From Felis catus (taxonomy: Eukaryota), in the NCBI RefSeq assembly GCF_018350175.1, contig NC_058368.1, forward strand, positions 1,860,001-1,924,000: a stretch of 64,000 nt of DNA, written 5' to 3'. Made by a program: the position numbers and the translations under genes. Below, piece after piece: positions 52,340 to 64,000 of the stretch. The notes below the pieces were generated by a model. It worked only from the letters and a program-made list of their open reading frames with translations. It made no database searches and was not told where the DNA came from. Every line of letters begins with the position of its first letter. Position 1 is the first letter of the stretch.

Positions 52340-54830
52340 AACCGCAGTTAAAAATACACATATGGGTCTCCCCAAATTAACCTACAATAATTGATACAAT
52401 TCCACTTTAAATCCCAATAAGGTTCATTTCAGAAGGTGACAAGGTGGTCCTAAGACATGTAAGAAAAAGGTCAAAAAGAGTTAAATTAAGTAAGAAAAAA
52501 GGATGTTGAGAGCATTATACTAAGTGAAATAAGTGAAAGAGAGAAAGATACTCACTTATAAAGATCTCACTTCCATGTGGAATCTAACAAAAACAAAAAA
52601 AAACATGACCCACCCCAAGCTCCTCCTAGATACAGAGAACAGACTGGGGGTTCTAAGGAAGAGGGGGATGATAGAGTGAAGAGGGTCAAAAGGTACAAAC
52701 TTCCACGTATAAAATAAATAAGTCAAGAGGATGTTATGTATAGCATGGTAACTACAATTCATAATAACATACCGTGTATTTGAAAGTTACGAAGACAGTA
52801 GACCTTAATAGTTGTCATCATAAGAAACAGATTCAGTAGCTACGTACGGTAACAGGCATTAATTGTGATCATTTCACAATATATACAAATACTGAGTCAC
52901 TATACTGTACATCTGAAACTACTAATATATTATAGGTATTATAGGTCATAAATGAATAAAATGAGTAATTTTAGGTTCGAAAAAAACTATTAAAAACCTG
53001 AGGAAAGAATAAGAGAGGAGGGTGGAGGGACGGGTTAAATAGGTGATGGAAATTAAGGAGCACACTTGTAATGAATACTTGTGATAAGGAAGTGCTGAAT
53101 CACTGACTGTACACCTGAACTTAAAATTCCACTGTATGTTAACTGACTGGAATTTAGACAAAAACTTTAAAAAAAGAAAGAATACGAGTCTTACAGAGCC
53201 AGATATAAACACTTACAAAGGCACAGTAATAATTTTTTTAAAAGTAGTATTGGAACAGGAGAAACAAACAAGGGGGCAGAGAGACTTCCCAGGAACAGAC
53301 CCAGGACATATGACAAAATAGTGAGGAAACGTTAGACTGTACAACAAACGGCACCAGAAAGTTGGCTATTTATAAGCAAAAACAAAAGGTCAGATATTTA
53401 ATTCATATCATACATATAATAAATTCTAGGGGAATGGAAGACTGAAAGATGAAAAGCAAAAACTTTTTAAAGTTTTTAACAGAATATTAAGAAGAAAACA
53501 TAGGAGAGTATGTCAGAGTGCGGAAGAACTTTTTGAACAATAAAAGGCACAAATCCTTTTTATTTGACTATATTAAAAGTATAACCTTCTCAACATTAAC
53601 TGGAAGTGGAAAGACGACACAGATTAGGAGGCAGTAATAACTGCACTGAATATAATTAACAAAAGACTAATACTCAGAATATAAAAACTCCCACAAAAGA
53701 CAACTTACAGCAGAAACTGACAGCTCCCCCTCTTCTTCCTCAGTCAAGAACTTGAGTATGAGGCACCGCGCCTCGCTGAATAACACTTCTTAGTGCCCTG
53801 CGGGACTAGGGACTAAGTGCTGGCCAATAAGACATCAACAAAGCTTGGGGCAGGACTTCCTAAAGGCAGCTGATTCAGCGGAAACACATTTTTCTCTTGC
53901 CCATGGATCTTCTTTCCTACCCCCTGGAAATGGATATGGTGGCTGTAGCTCTACTGACCATCTCGGACCACAGGAAGACACCAGCTACGAACTGTAAACA
54001 CAGAAACGGAAAGAAGAAAGCAGCGGCAGGAGCATGAGCCCCTGGTGCTATCCTGGAAGCCATCAGACCATCGTCGGATCACTTTATCTCCACACTTTAG
54101 GTGAGAAAAAATCATCCTTTTCAAAAAGACAATGTTACTGGACTTTGGGGTTACGTGCTGCCTAATCCAATCCAACCAATTACACAATGTAATAGAAAAA
54201 TGGCCAATGAACTACAGGCTAGACAAGTCACAGAGAAGAAAGTAAAAATGGCTAATAAGCCTAAGAACATACTCAACCTCACTAGAAACCACTGAAATGC
54301 AATTAAAACAGTAAGCTACCGTTTCTGAGGGGGAATGAAAAATGATGTAGATTAAAAAAAAATTAGTACAAAAACAAGAGTTTAAGAAGTTTGGGAGTAC
54401 TGTAGATAGCTGTAAGCCTGCATTTTTCCAATGTAAAAATGGAACATTAATTTGGAATATTGGAACTACCTAGAAAAAGTTGATGGCCCTGAACAGCAAG
54501 GTATGCCCAAGTCCTCTTCTAGGCATTTATTCTCTAGAGCACCTCTCCCCCACACAAAGAAAGCTCACATAAAGATGTTCCTCAGCACTACCATAACAGA
54601 CAAATAAAAAAGAGTAGCAATTTGAATTCCATCAATAGGGAATATATCGTAGTACAGTCATACAGTTAAAGACCAAACTACAGCGACATTTACCAAAGTG
54701 GCTAAACTGAAAATTATTCTGAGTGAAGCAAATGACTGAACCTATACAACATATCATCTAGGTAAAACTTCAAAAACGCAAAAGTATGGTATTTTTATTT
54801 TTCTTTGTGGACAAAGTGTAAACACATGGA
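52340..54830 (+). mobile_element. Degraded L1 with younger L1 3' ends inserted (about 52505-52930 and 53005-53178)
   Basis: gcattatactaagtgaaataag, aaaaggtacaaacttcc, gtacacctgaact, aaatgcaattaaaaca. Confidence 0.7.
53707..54184 (+). mobile_element. MaLR LTR (MLT1I/J-like)
   Basis: gactaagtgctggccaataaga, gatatggtggctgtagct...ccatctcggacca; ends aattaca. Confidence 0.65.
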
Positions 54831-54869
54831 AGGTAAGGAAAAACAATTTTACTTTACTGTTTTTTTTTT

Positions 54870-55477
54870 ATTACTTTTTAAAATGTTTATTTATTTTTGA
54901 GAGAGAGAAGGGGGGGGGGGTACACGAGCACACAAGCAGGGGAGGGGCAGAGAGAGAGGGAGACACAGAATCCGAAGCAGGCTCCAGGCTCCGAGCTGTC
55001 AACACACAGCCCGACACGGGGCTCGAATTCACGAACTGTGAGATCATGATCTGAGCCGAAGTCAGATGCTTAGCCGACTGAGGCATTCAGGTGCCCCTTT
55101 GAAAAAATGTCTTAAAGATTTATTTTTTAGCAATCTCTACAACCAAAGTGGGGCTCAAACTCACAACCCTGAGATCAAGAGTTGCGTGCGCCACCAACTG
55201 AGCCAGCTGGGCGCCCCAAGGATCAACATTTTAAAAGCATGCTTCTCTTTAGAGATGAAGAAGCAGAGTCTGGAGAATGGTACCTAAAAGGGATCCAGGG
55301 CATCTGAATGGTTCAGTTAAGTGTCTGACTTTGGCTCAGGTCGTGATCTCACGGTTCATGAGTCTGAGCCTCGCGTGGCGCTCACTCTCTGCCGTCAGCA
55401 CAGAGCCCGCCTGAGATCTTCCTCGGTCTCTACCCCTCCCCAGGTCTTTCTCTCAAAAATAAATATTAAAAAAAAAT
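54870..55477. mobile_element. Three CanSINEs: 54870-55097 (-), 55115-55217 (-, short), 55298-55477 (+)
   Basis: Heads and tails visible. Confidence 0.88.
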
Positions 55478-56493
55478 CTTATAAAAGGGACCCAAAGGCA
55501 GCTTCAATAGATTATTTTTAAGTCTGTACGCAAAATGGTTACATTCACATTTGCTAGCCCAGGAGATGAGATCATGGTTATGACCTGTACTGTTCTCATA
55601 CTTGTGCATTTTTTAAAATGAGCCATTCCTCACAGCTCTCCTGACTGGATGCCCAGAACAACTCTTCTGCTAAAATCAAATCAAATAATGTGGATAAAAT
55701 ACTTCTACATTTTTAAATGTATTGCTGAGCTTACAAGAAATTAAGGAATCCTCAGAAGCTAAAAAAACAAAAAACAAAAAACAAAGAAAAACCAAAGCAG
55801 GAATCCAAAGATAAAAAATGGCACTCATGCATTTACCCTAGAGACATTTGTCAACTTCAGGTGACCTTGAGTTTCCATTCTGATGGCTACCCGAGCAGTA
55901 CAGAAGACATAAGATATATGGTCAGGGCCCTCCTAAGGTGGGGATCTAATAGGACACCCCTCCACATAAAGCTGGGGTCCTCAGTGTAAGCATAAAGCAT
56001 TAAAAAACAAAAACAGGGAGAAAGGGAGGAAGAGAGGGAGAGAGCAACTTGCTAGTTTGGATCTTAATGACAGATGAGAAGGAACCTTACTTCAGACAAT
56101 TGATAACCAAGAACAGGCCTTCAAATAGGTTTCCGGCCTCATCTCAACAGGACCCATGTGGTCCCAAAACTTCAAGCCAATAAACTTAAAGTAGTCCTAT
56201 GTTGGTCATGCACCTAAGGCACCTGGAGTAATGCACCATAATCCAGGCTTCAGACTTTTCCAGAAACACTTCCAAGAGCTAATATTCAAAAATGTTTAAA
56301 CACATGAAGAAACAAGCTACCATGGGTCTGCAGAACCACACATTAAAGAATCAAATCAACAAAACTCACAAATATTCAGAAACATGATACAAAATGTTTA
56401 AAAAACCTAAATACGTATGAAGCAGACTTAATCAAATAAAATCTTTTACATATCAAATGATACTATCAGCAGAATAAAAAGTCAATTCACAGA

Positions 56494-56716
56494 GGGGTGA
56501 CTGGGTGGCTCAGTTGGTTGGGCGACTGACTTCAGCTCAGGTCATGACCTCACAGTTCGTGGGTTCGAGCCCCATATCGGGCTCTGTGACCACAGCTCAA
56601 AGCCTGGAGCCTGCTTCGGATTCTGTGTCTCCCTCTCTCTCTGTTCCTCCCCTGCTCGTTCTCTATCTCTCTCTGTCTCTCGAAAATAAATAAATGTTAA
56701 AAAAACAATTTTTTTT
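56494..56716 (+). mobile_element. CanSINE
   Basis: TSD aaaagtcaattcacaga at 56477-56493 and 56717-56733. Confidence 0.92.
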
Positions 56717-57614
56717 AAAAGTCAATTCACAGAATGGGAAAATTTTTTTACCAATCATGTATCTGATAAGAGATTAATAGCCAGAATCTATAAAGATTCC
56801 TAAAACTCAGCAGCAAAACAAAAAACCCAATTTAAAAAGGGCAAGGACTTGAATATACATTCCTTCAAAGAAGACATACAAATGGTCAGTAAGCAAATAT
56901 AAAGATTCCTTCCCAGCATCACACTAATCATTAGGGAAATGCAAATCAAAACTAGTGACATTCTACTTTACATCTACTAGGAGAATGACTAACATAGAAA
57001 AGAAAGAAAAGGAAATAACAGTTGTTAGCAAAGATGTGGAGAAATCGGAACCCTTGCCCATTATTAGTGGTAATGCAAAACATGCAGATTTTTTTTTTAA
57101 TGCAGCCACTGTGAGAGATAGTATGACAGTTCCTCACAAAATTAAACACAGAATTATCACACAAGACAGCCCTCCACATCTAGGAAGATACTCAAAAGAA
57201 CTGAAAACAGGGCTCAAAGAGACCACACACCAATATCCATAGCAGTGTTATTCCCAATAGCCAAAAAGATGGAACAACCACACCCATTGACGAACGAACA
57301 AAAGGTAATAAATATACACAAACAATGGCATATATCCAGCCTTAAGAAAGAATGAATTTTTGAAACATGCTGCCACAGGTATGAATTGGACACATTTTGT
57401 AAGGCAAATAAGCCAGACATAAGATAAATGCCACAGGGTTCCACTTACATGAGGTACCTAAAATAAACTAGAAAAAGAATGTAAAAAGCGGTTACCTAGG
57501 GTGGGGCGGGGGCAGAAATAAGGAGTTATTATTTAACGAGTTATACAGTTTTAGCATGGAATAATGGGAAAATTTTGGAGACAGCAGTGATGGTTGTACA
57601 ACAATGTGAAAGTA
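56717..57614 (+). mobile_element. L1 (L1MB-like) ORF2 end/3'UTR
   Basis: cactaatcattagggaaatgcaaatcaaaac, gatgtggagaaatcggaaccc, gatggttgtacaacaatgtgaa. Confidence 0.82.
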
Positions 57615-58695
57615 CAGTAAATAAAACCTTGGATTGTGAGTAACTTGCTCTCTGAGTGTTCCCCAAGGTGAGCAAACATTTCTAAAAAACCTTAACTTGA
57701 TAAACAAGCCATATCTTGCAGGGCTAATAGTATGTGATGCCGAATGTCACATATCAATACTGAGTCAATGGTTCTCTCTGTCTGTCTGTCTGTCTCTCAC
57801 TATGGGATTGTGGGCGATCACCTCCCACGCTCGGATGTAGGTCTCAGGCGTCGGTGTTTGGCAGAAATCAGTGATTTTTCAGAACGCTTGGAAGGCGCCC
57901 ACAACTGGCACTAGTCTATTTTTTGTCACTTCAAAGCACCTATAAACAGTCCTTTGCTTTTCCAGACAAGAGAAAGCTTAGGGATGCTTTGCTTCATTCT
58001 AGGTCAAGCGCGATATAGACCCTTTCCTCTGCTGCCTTATTGCCAGTTACGTTAAATACAGTACATGACAAGAGTGCATTAGTACTGTGCTGTAGTCAAC
58101 ATCCATGCGAGTGTATACAATGCCCCGTGCAGAAAAAGATTCCACTGAGCCAACAGATAGCAGTGATTCTGGTAGTGATAGTCAAAGTCGTCCTACACAA
58201 TAACCCTCCTCCCTTGTCTCCTTCACACCAGCCACGAAGGTTTTCAAAGGTAAGTGCGGGCTAATTTGTTTTTCTTTATATTTTGTACTTTCTTTTTAAT
58301 GTTTTTTAATGTTTATTTATTTTTGACAGAGACAGGGACAGAGACAGAGAATGAGTGGGGGAGGAGCAGAGAGAGAGGGAGACCCAGAATTCAAAGCAGG
58401 CTCCAGGCTCCGAGCTGTCAGCACAGAGCCTGACGCGGGGCCTGAATTCATGGACTGCGAGATCACGACCTGAGCCAAAGTTGGACGCTCAACTGACTGA
58501 GCCACTCAGGCGCCCCTATATTTTGTACTGTCTTTATTATTTTGTATTATATTATAGTATTGCAATCACTTTTATGTGAATATTTCGGGGTTGTGGAACG
58601 AATCATCTGAGTTTCCATTATTTCTTATGGGGAAATTTGCTGGATTACAAGCATGTTTCCAGAATGAATTATGCTCACCAACCAAGGTTTTACTA
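57615..58695. mobile_element. TcMar-Tigger-type DNA transposon with TIRs and TA TSD
   Basis: Left end TA|CAGTAAATAAAACCTTGGATTG; right end caaccaaggttttacta|TA (reverse complement TAGTAAAACCTTGGTTG). Confidence 0.75.
58293..58516 (-). mobile_element. CanSINE inserted in the Tigger element
   Basis: TSD tatattttgtact at 58278-58290 and 58517-58529. Confidence 0.92.
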
Positions 58696-59029
58696 TACTT
58701 AAAAGTAGTAAAAGCAGCAAGATAACACAACAGATCTCTTAGGATCAACATAACAAAAGAAACTTAAGTATTTATAGACATAAATCTTCTTTAGAGGGTA
58801 GCTACAGGGATATACACACAACTGTCCAAACTTGTCAAACTGGACACCCAAGATCTGTGAATGTTATTGTACATTAATATGCCCCCCAAAATGGCAAAAC
58901 CTCCATGGAGAGATTAAAAGGCAGATTAAACACACTGAGGAGAAAACTGAAAAGACAAAAAATTATGAAGAATGCAGAAAGGCACAAATACTAAGAGTCT
59001 TGGACAACAAAGTGAAGGTGAAAGCCCCA

Positions 59030-59309
59030 GGAAGCTAACCTATAGAAACTGTATCTTCCAGGCTTCCTTGCCGCAGCCCCAACTGCTCCTTTCCTCCACC
59101 AAAAGCCTGTCAGGCTGCTCTCTCCTACAGCTATAGCTCTCTCAGATTCTCCACTCTCCCTCCCTGCCCATTCAGGCCCCAACAATGACTTCTCCATCCT
59201 CTGTGGTTCCCCTACACCGCATCCTCCCCAACCTTTGTCAACAGTCCCTTCACTAACTCTCCTCAATTATCCCTTTGAGTGTTCCTCTGCCAAGATCTTG
59301 ACTGATACA
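59030..59309 (+). mobile_element. ERVL-type LTR fragment (LTR33/LTR16-like)
   Basis: cctttgtcaacagtcccttcactaactctcctcaattatccctttgagtgt...tgactgataca terminus. Confidence 0.55.
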
Positions 59310-59876
59310 GCATCCGGCAACAACTTTGAAAAATAAAGATTAGAAAGGAAAATGCCAGGAAATATTCCAAATTTGTAAGTTTGTAAAATTCCAAAACCGA
59401 TGAGAAACACTAAAAACCCAATGAATTCAAACAGAATAAAAAAGAAATCGTATTACTGATACCACAGTGAAACTGAAGAGTTCAAAAATCAAAAGATCTT
59501 AAAAGCAGCCAAAGGAAAAAAAGATTACCTTCAAAGAAGTAACTGACTAAAAGTACAACTTCCTAAGGGGAAACCAGACTAGAGAGAAAACAAAATAACA
59601 TTTTCAGAGTACTGCTGGAAAGTAACTATTACCTTAGAAATGTAGATCCAGGAAACATCTTTCAAGGATTAAAATATAATTGAAGATATGTTCCTCCAAA
59701 TAAAAACTTTTACTACCGAAACACACTTCCTTTAGGAAATTCTGAAGAAGGAAAATGATACCGGATGGAAAGCCTTAAATGCAAAGGATTATAGACAAAT
59801 TAACTATGTGAATAAATCTAAGCAAATACTGATATTGTTTAAGTGATTAATTTGTGAAATTAAAGCAGGTGATTAA

Positions 59877-60059
59877 GGGGCACCCAGGTGGTTCAGTCGG
59901 TTAAGCGTCCGATTCTTGATTTCAGCTTGGGTCATGACCTTGCAGTTCCTGAGTTCCAGACCCACACTGGGCTCTGTGCTAGCAGTGTGGATGCTGCTTG
60001 GGATTCTCTTTCTCCCTCTCTCTCTCTCTCTCTCTGCCCCTCCCCCACTCATGCTGTCG

Positions 60060-60095
<36 letters not shown>

Positions 60096-60118
60096 ATAAA
60101 TAAACTTAATTAAAAAAA
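59877..60118 (+). mobile_element. CanSINE
   Basis: Head, (CT)n and tail. Confidence 0.9.
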
Positions 60119-60614
60119 GATGATTAAGATTCTGGAAAATATATACCATGTAAGTCAGGAGAGGTGGTAAGTTCTTGCACTGTTCTGAGACAGTATATAC
60201 AGATTAACTTTAAATGGAGTACACATGCTAAAACGTCTGCCATGGTCAATAAAAGAATAAAAATAGAAAATAAAGAACATGCACATTAGACACCCAAACG
60301 ATGGAAGGAGGAACAAAAGATCATCGAATTCTCAAAGAAGGCAAAGGAAGAACCACACACACACAAAGACAACAAAAATATGTAATTTATCAGTAATCAC
60401 AAATAAATATGATAAACTAAACTGTAGCTAAAAAACTGAGATTGTCAGGCTGGATAAAAAAAATCCAACTTCATGCATACAAAAAAACCAAAGGCATAAA
60501 AAGGCTGAAAATCAAGGCTGGAAAAAGACGTACCAAGCAAATTCTAATCAAGAGAAGTTAATGAAATTGATATAACTATGATAACAGCAGGAAAAAAAAA
60601 CCCAGAATTTAAGA

Positions 60615-60838
60615 GGGGTGCCTGGGTAGCTCAGTCGGTTAAGGGTCCGACTTCAGCTCAGGTCATGATCTCCATGGTTCGTGGGTTCGAGCCCCATGTA
60701 GGGCTCTGTGCTGACAGCTCAGAGCCTGAAGCCTGCTTCAGATTCTGTGCCTCCCCCTCTCTCTGCCCCTCCCCTGCTCCTGCTCTGTCTGTCTCTGTCT
60801 CTCAAAAATAAATGTTAAAAAAATAAAAGAAAAAAAAA
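60615..60838 (+). mobile_element. CanSINE
   Basis: TSD agaatttaaga. Confidence 0.92.
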
Positions 60839-61291
60839 GAATTTAAGATAAAATGTTACTAAAGAGAAGTGGGTCATCTAATAATCATTAAAGGGTTCAC
60901 TGAAGTAGTATGTAAATAATACACAGTCTCAAATATCAATTAAGCAAAAATGAGAGGACTACCAACAAATCCACTAATGTCTCTCTTGGTAACTGCCAGC
61001 TTATGGAGACAAAAAGATGTAACAAGCTTAATTTAAGGGACATACATAACTTGCATGTTTAACTGGATATCACACATTCTTTTCAAATATATGCTGAACA
61101 AAAACTGAGAATATTCTAGGCCATAAGGCATATTCTAACAAATTTTAAGTAACTGATACATACGTAACATGTTCTCACAAAGCAATTAAGTTAGAACCTG
61201 ACTAAAAACAAAAACTAGAAAAATTCAAAGATGAAAAAAACAATAATGGAAAACATTAAAAATGACCCCAAAAATACTTCGTTGTTGTTAA

Positions 61292-61495
61292 GTTTATTTA
61301 TTTATTTTTGAGAAAGACAGAGACAGCGTGAGCAGAGGAGGAGCAGAGACAGAGGGACAGAAAGAATCCCAAACAGGCTCTGTCCTGTCAGCACGGAGCC
61401 TGATGCGGGGCTCAAACTCATGAAACCGTGAGATCATGGCCTGAGCCAAAATCAAGAGTAAATAAATGCTTAACCCACTGAGCCACCCTTGACCC
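61292..61495 (-). mobile_element. CanSINE
   Basis: Core visible. Confidence 0.88.
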
Positions 61496-61999
61496 AAAAT
61501 ATGGTGTAGCAAAAATCTGTGATATGCACGTTGAGTGCAAGAGGAAAATGCATAGCTTTAAATGCTTGCACTGGAAATTAAGAAGGTTAAAACCAACAAG
61601 CTAAACCTCCAATGTAAGAACTTAGAAACCATAGCAGAACCCACTCAAAGAAAACAGAATGAAGGAAATATTAGAGAGTAGAAAATGATGAAACAGAAAT
61701 TATATATACAATATGTACAATAAAGATAAAAAAGCAAAAATAAAAAATAAAAAATAAAGCAAACAAAAGTTGCTTCTGTGGAATGACTAATAAAATTAAT
61801 AAAACAAGATTAATCAAGGGAGGGAGAACACAATTTATAAACAGGCAATATTAAAAAAGCTTGTAACTACCTGGGTCTTGAACAATAAAGAGATAGTGAA
61901 AAAATAACAAACTGTATAGTGATAAACATAAAAACATATGTGATATGGACAAATTCCTAGAAAAATATAACAAAATGAACTTGAGAATAGAAAACTTGA

Positions 62000-62217
62000 G
62001 GGGCACCTGGGTGGCTCAGTCAGTTAAGCGTCTGACTTCGGCTCAGGTCATGACCTCACAGTTCGTGAGTTTGAGCCCCGCGTCGGGCTCTGTGCTGACA
62101 GCTCAGAGCCTGGAGCCTGCTTCCGATTCTGTGGCCCTCCCCCACTCACACTCTGTCTCTTTCTGTCTCTCTCTCTTGAGAATAAGTAAACATTAAAAAA
62201 AAAAAAAAAGAAAGAAA
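62000..62217 (+). mobile_element. CanSINE with internal deletion
   Basis: TSD agaatagaaaacttga at 61984-61999 and 62218-62233. Confidence 0.92.
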
Positions 62218-62894
62218 AGAATAGAAAACTTGAACAGTCCTGCAACTATTAAATCAAATCAGTTTAAAATAGTTTTTCCTTTAAGTTCCTGATCCAGATG
62301 ATTTTACCAAACAGCAGGGAATAAATCATTCCAATCCTACAACACAAATGTCCAGAGAATACAAAAGACAGAACACTCTTTGACCCATTCTAGTTAGCAT
62401 ATCATCATAAATATGCAGATAACCAAAATCAGATGAGAACAACGTGAAACTTACAGGCAAACCTTACCCATGAACAGAGATGGAAAAATCTTGAGAGTTC
62501 ACATACTAAATACAACAATGGAATTTTAAAAAAATAAAAATAATAATGTACACTGTGACCAAGTTACTTTATCCCAGGACTACAAATCTGGGTTAACATT
62601 AGAAAACTGATGTCTTTTACCACATTAACATACTAAAAGAGAAAGATATGTCATCACAAAAAATGCAGAAACATGTTTAATAAGACCCATGGCTAAGCTT
62701 TTCACAAAGTAGGAATAAGTGGAAACTTCCTTAACCAGATAAAAAGAATTCACAAAAAAACCATAACAAACATCACACTAACGTGGAGACAATAAAGGCA
62801 TTCCCTTAAACTATCCACAAGTGTTAGTATACCATCAGGGTCCTGTGGACTCATTTTTTTGTTTAAAGAACACTCTTTTTAAATTATTTTTTAT

Positions 62895-62901
62895 TAAAAA
62901 A

Positions 62902-62936
<35 letters not shown>

Positions 62937-63343
62937 AGAAAGACCGCGAGAGGGCAGGAGGGGGCGGAGAGAGAGGGAGAGAGAGTCCCAAGCAGGCCCC
63001 GTGCTGCCAGTGCAGGGCCCGATGCAGGACTGGATCTCACAAACAGTGACATCCTGATCTGAGCTGACCTCGAGAGTTGGGTCCCTGGGTGGCTCAGCCA
63101 GTTAAGTGTAGCATCTGACTTCAGCTCAGGTCGGGACCTAACGGTTTATGGGTTCGAGCCCCACGTCAGGCCCTGTGCTGACAGCTCAGAGCCTAGAACC
63201 TGCTTCCTGTGTCTCCCTCTCTCTCTTCCCCTCCCCCGCTTACACTCTGTCTCTCTCTCTCAAAAATAAATAACCACTTACAAAAAATTAAAAAAAAAAA
63301 AAAAAGAGCTGGAGGCTTAACCTATGGAGCCACTCAGGAGCCC
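62895..63343. mobile_element. Minus-strand CanSINE interrupted by a plus-strand CanSINE (about 63079-63305)
   Basis: Host is split at gagagttgg / aagagctgg (degenerate TSD). Confidence 0.85.
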
Positions 63344-63442
63344 CTAATAAGCAAGTTTTTGGTTTTTTTTTTTTTTTTAAGAACTATTTGTAATGCTGGC
63401 TATTTTGTAATTTTTGTTTCTTCTTAACAGTATTAAAAAAAA

Positions 63443-63654
63443 TTTTTTTTTTTTTTTAGTTTATTTATTTTGAAAGAGACAGAGTCTGTGTGAGTGGGAG
63501 AGAGGCAGAGAGAGAGGGACTGACAGAATCCCAAGCGGGCTCCACACTGTCAGCACAGAGCTCCATGCAGGGCTCAAATTTACACACTGTGAGATCACGA
63601 CCTAGCTGAAATCAAGAGTCAGAAGCTTAACTGATGGAGCCACCCAGGCGCCCC
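63443..63654 (-). mobile_element. CanSINE
   Basis: Head and tail. Confidence 0.9.
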
Positions 63655-63796
63655 TCTTAGAGGTATTTCAAAGAATAAATAGAAAATTTACTTTTTAAAA
63701 ATTAGAATAAACTCATTCTAATTTGAAGTCACTTATGAACCTACTAAACCCTTTTCTAAGATTCATAATGGGATCTTAGCCATCTTATTTTTATTA

Positions 63797-63995
63797 CTTT
63801 TTTTAAATGTTTATTTTTGAGAGAGAGAAAGAGAGCAGGGGAGGGGAAGAGAGGGAGGGGGACACAGAATCCAAAGCAGGCTTTACGCTCTGAGCTGTCA
63901 GCCCAGGGCCCAACGTGGGGCTTGAATCACAAGATGCGAGATCATGACCTGAGCCGAAGTTGGATGCTTAACCGACTGAGCCACCCAGGCGCCCC
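63797..63995 (-). mobile_element. CanSINE
   Basis: Head and tail. Confidence 0.9.
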
Positions 63996-64000
63996 AGCAA

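Larger units (their letters stand above)
59330..62830 (+). mobile_element. Long degraded L1 (ORF1 end through ORF2 endonuclease/RT regions) interrupted by four CanSINEs
   Basis: aaagatcttaaaagcagcc, gattgtcaggctggataaaa, atggacaaattcctagaaaaata, ccagatgattttacc, ggttaacattagaaaa. Confidence 0.75.

Noticed and set aside
1..64000. Novel prokaryote-style system (CRISPR, defence locus, operon)
   Set aside because: The sequence is mammalian intronic DNA. Repeated units are dispersed SINEs and microsatellites, not repeat-spacer arrays, and there are no long intact ORFs.
45816..64000. XPO4 exon 1 or promoter CpG island
   Set aside because: No MMAAALGPPEV-like coding sequence or CpG island found; exon 1 appears to lie beyond the window.

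Overview
Mammalian genomic DNA, almost certainly a cat (Felidae, probably Felis): it is dense in carnivore tRNA-derived CanSINEs, including near-identical young SINEC_Fc-like copies. The whole window lies inside XPO4 (exportin-4) on the minus strand. Six coding exons (exons 2-7 by human numbering as I recall it; 106+142+139+117+154+113 = 771 nt, about aa 24-280) splice into one continuous frame. Exon 1 and exons 8 onward lie outside the window. The junction between exons 6 and 7 is a 20,886-nt minor-spliceosome (U12-type) AT-AC intron. The rest is intronic: about 40 CanSINEs, nested L1 fragments, L2/MIR, hAT and Tigger DNA transposons, two old LTRs, microsatellites, and a 5'-truncated retrocopy of what I recognise as the SET 3'UTR. 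Nearly all ORFs in the supplied track are repeat-derived or chance ORFs. I see no new multi-gene system. The best leads are splicing features around the U12 intron, the retrocopy and an E-box cluster. Repeat subfamily names come from memory of consensus sequences, and repeat boundaries are approximate.
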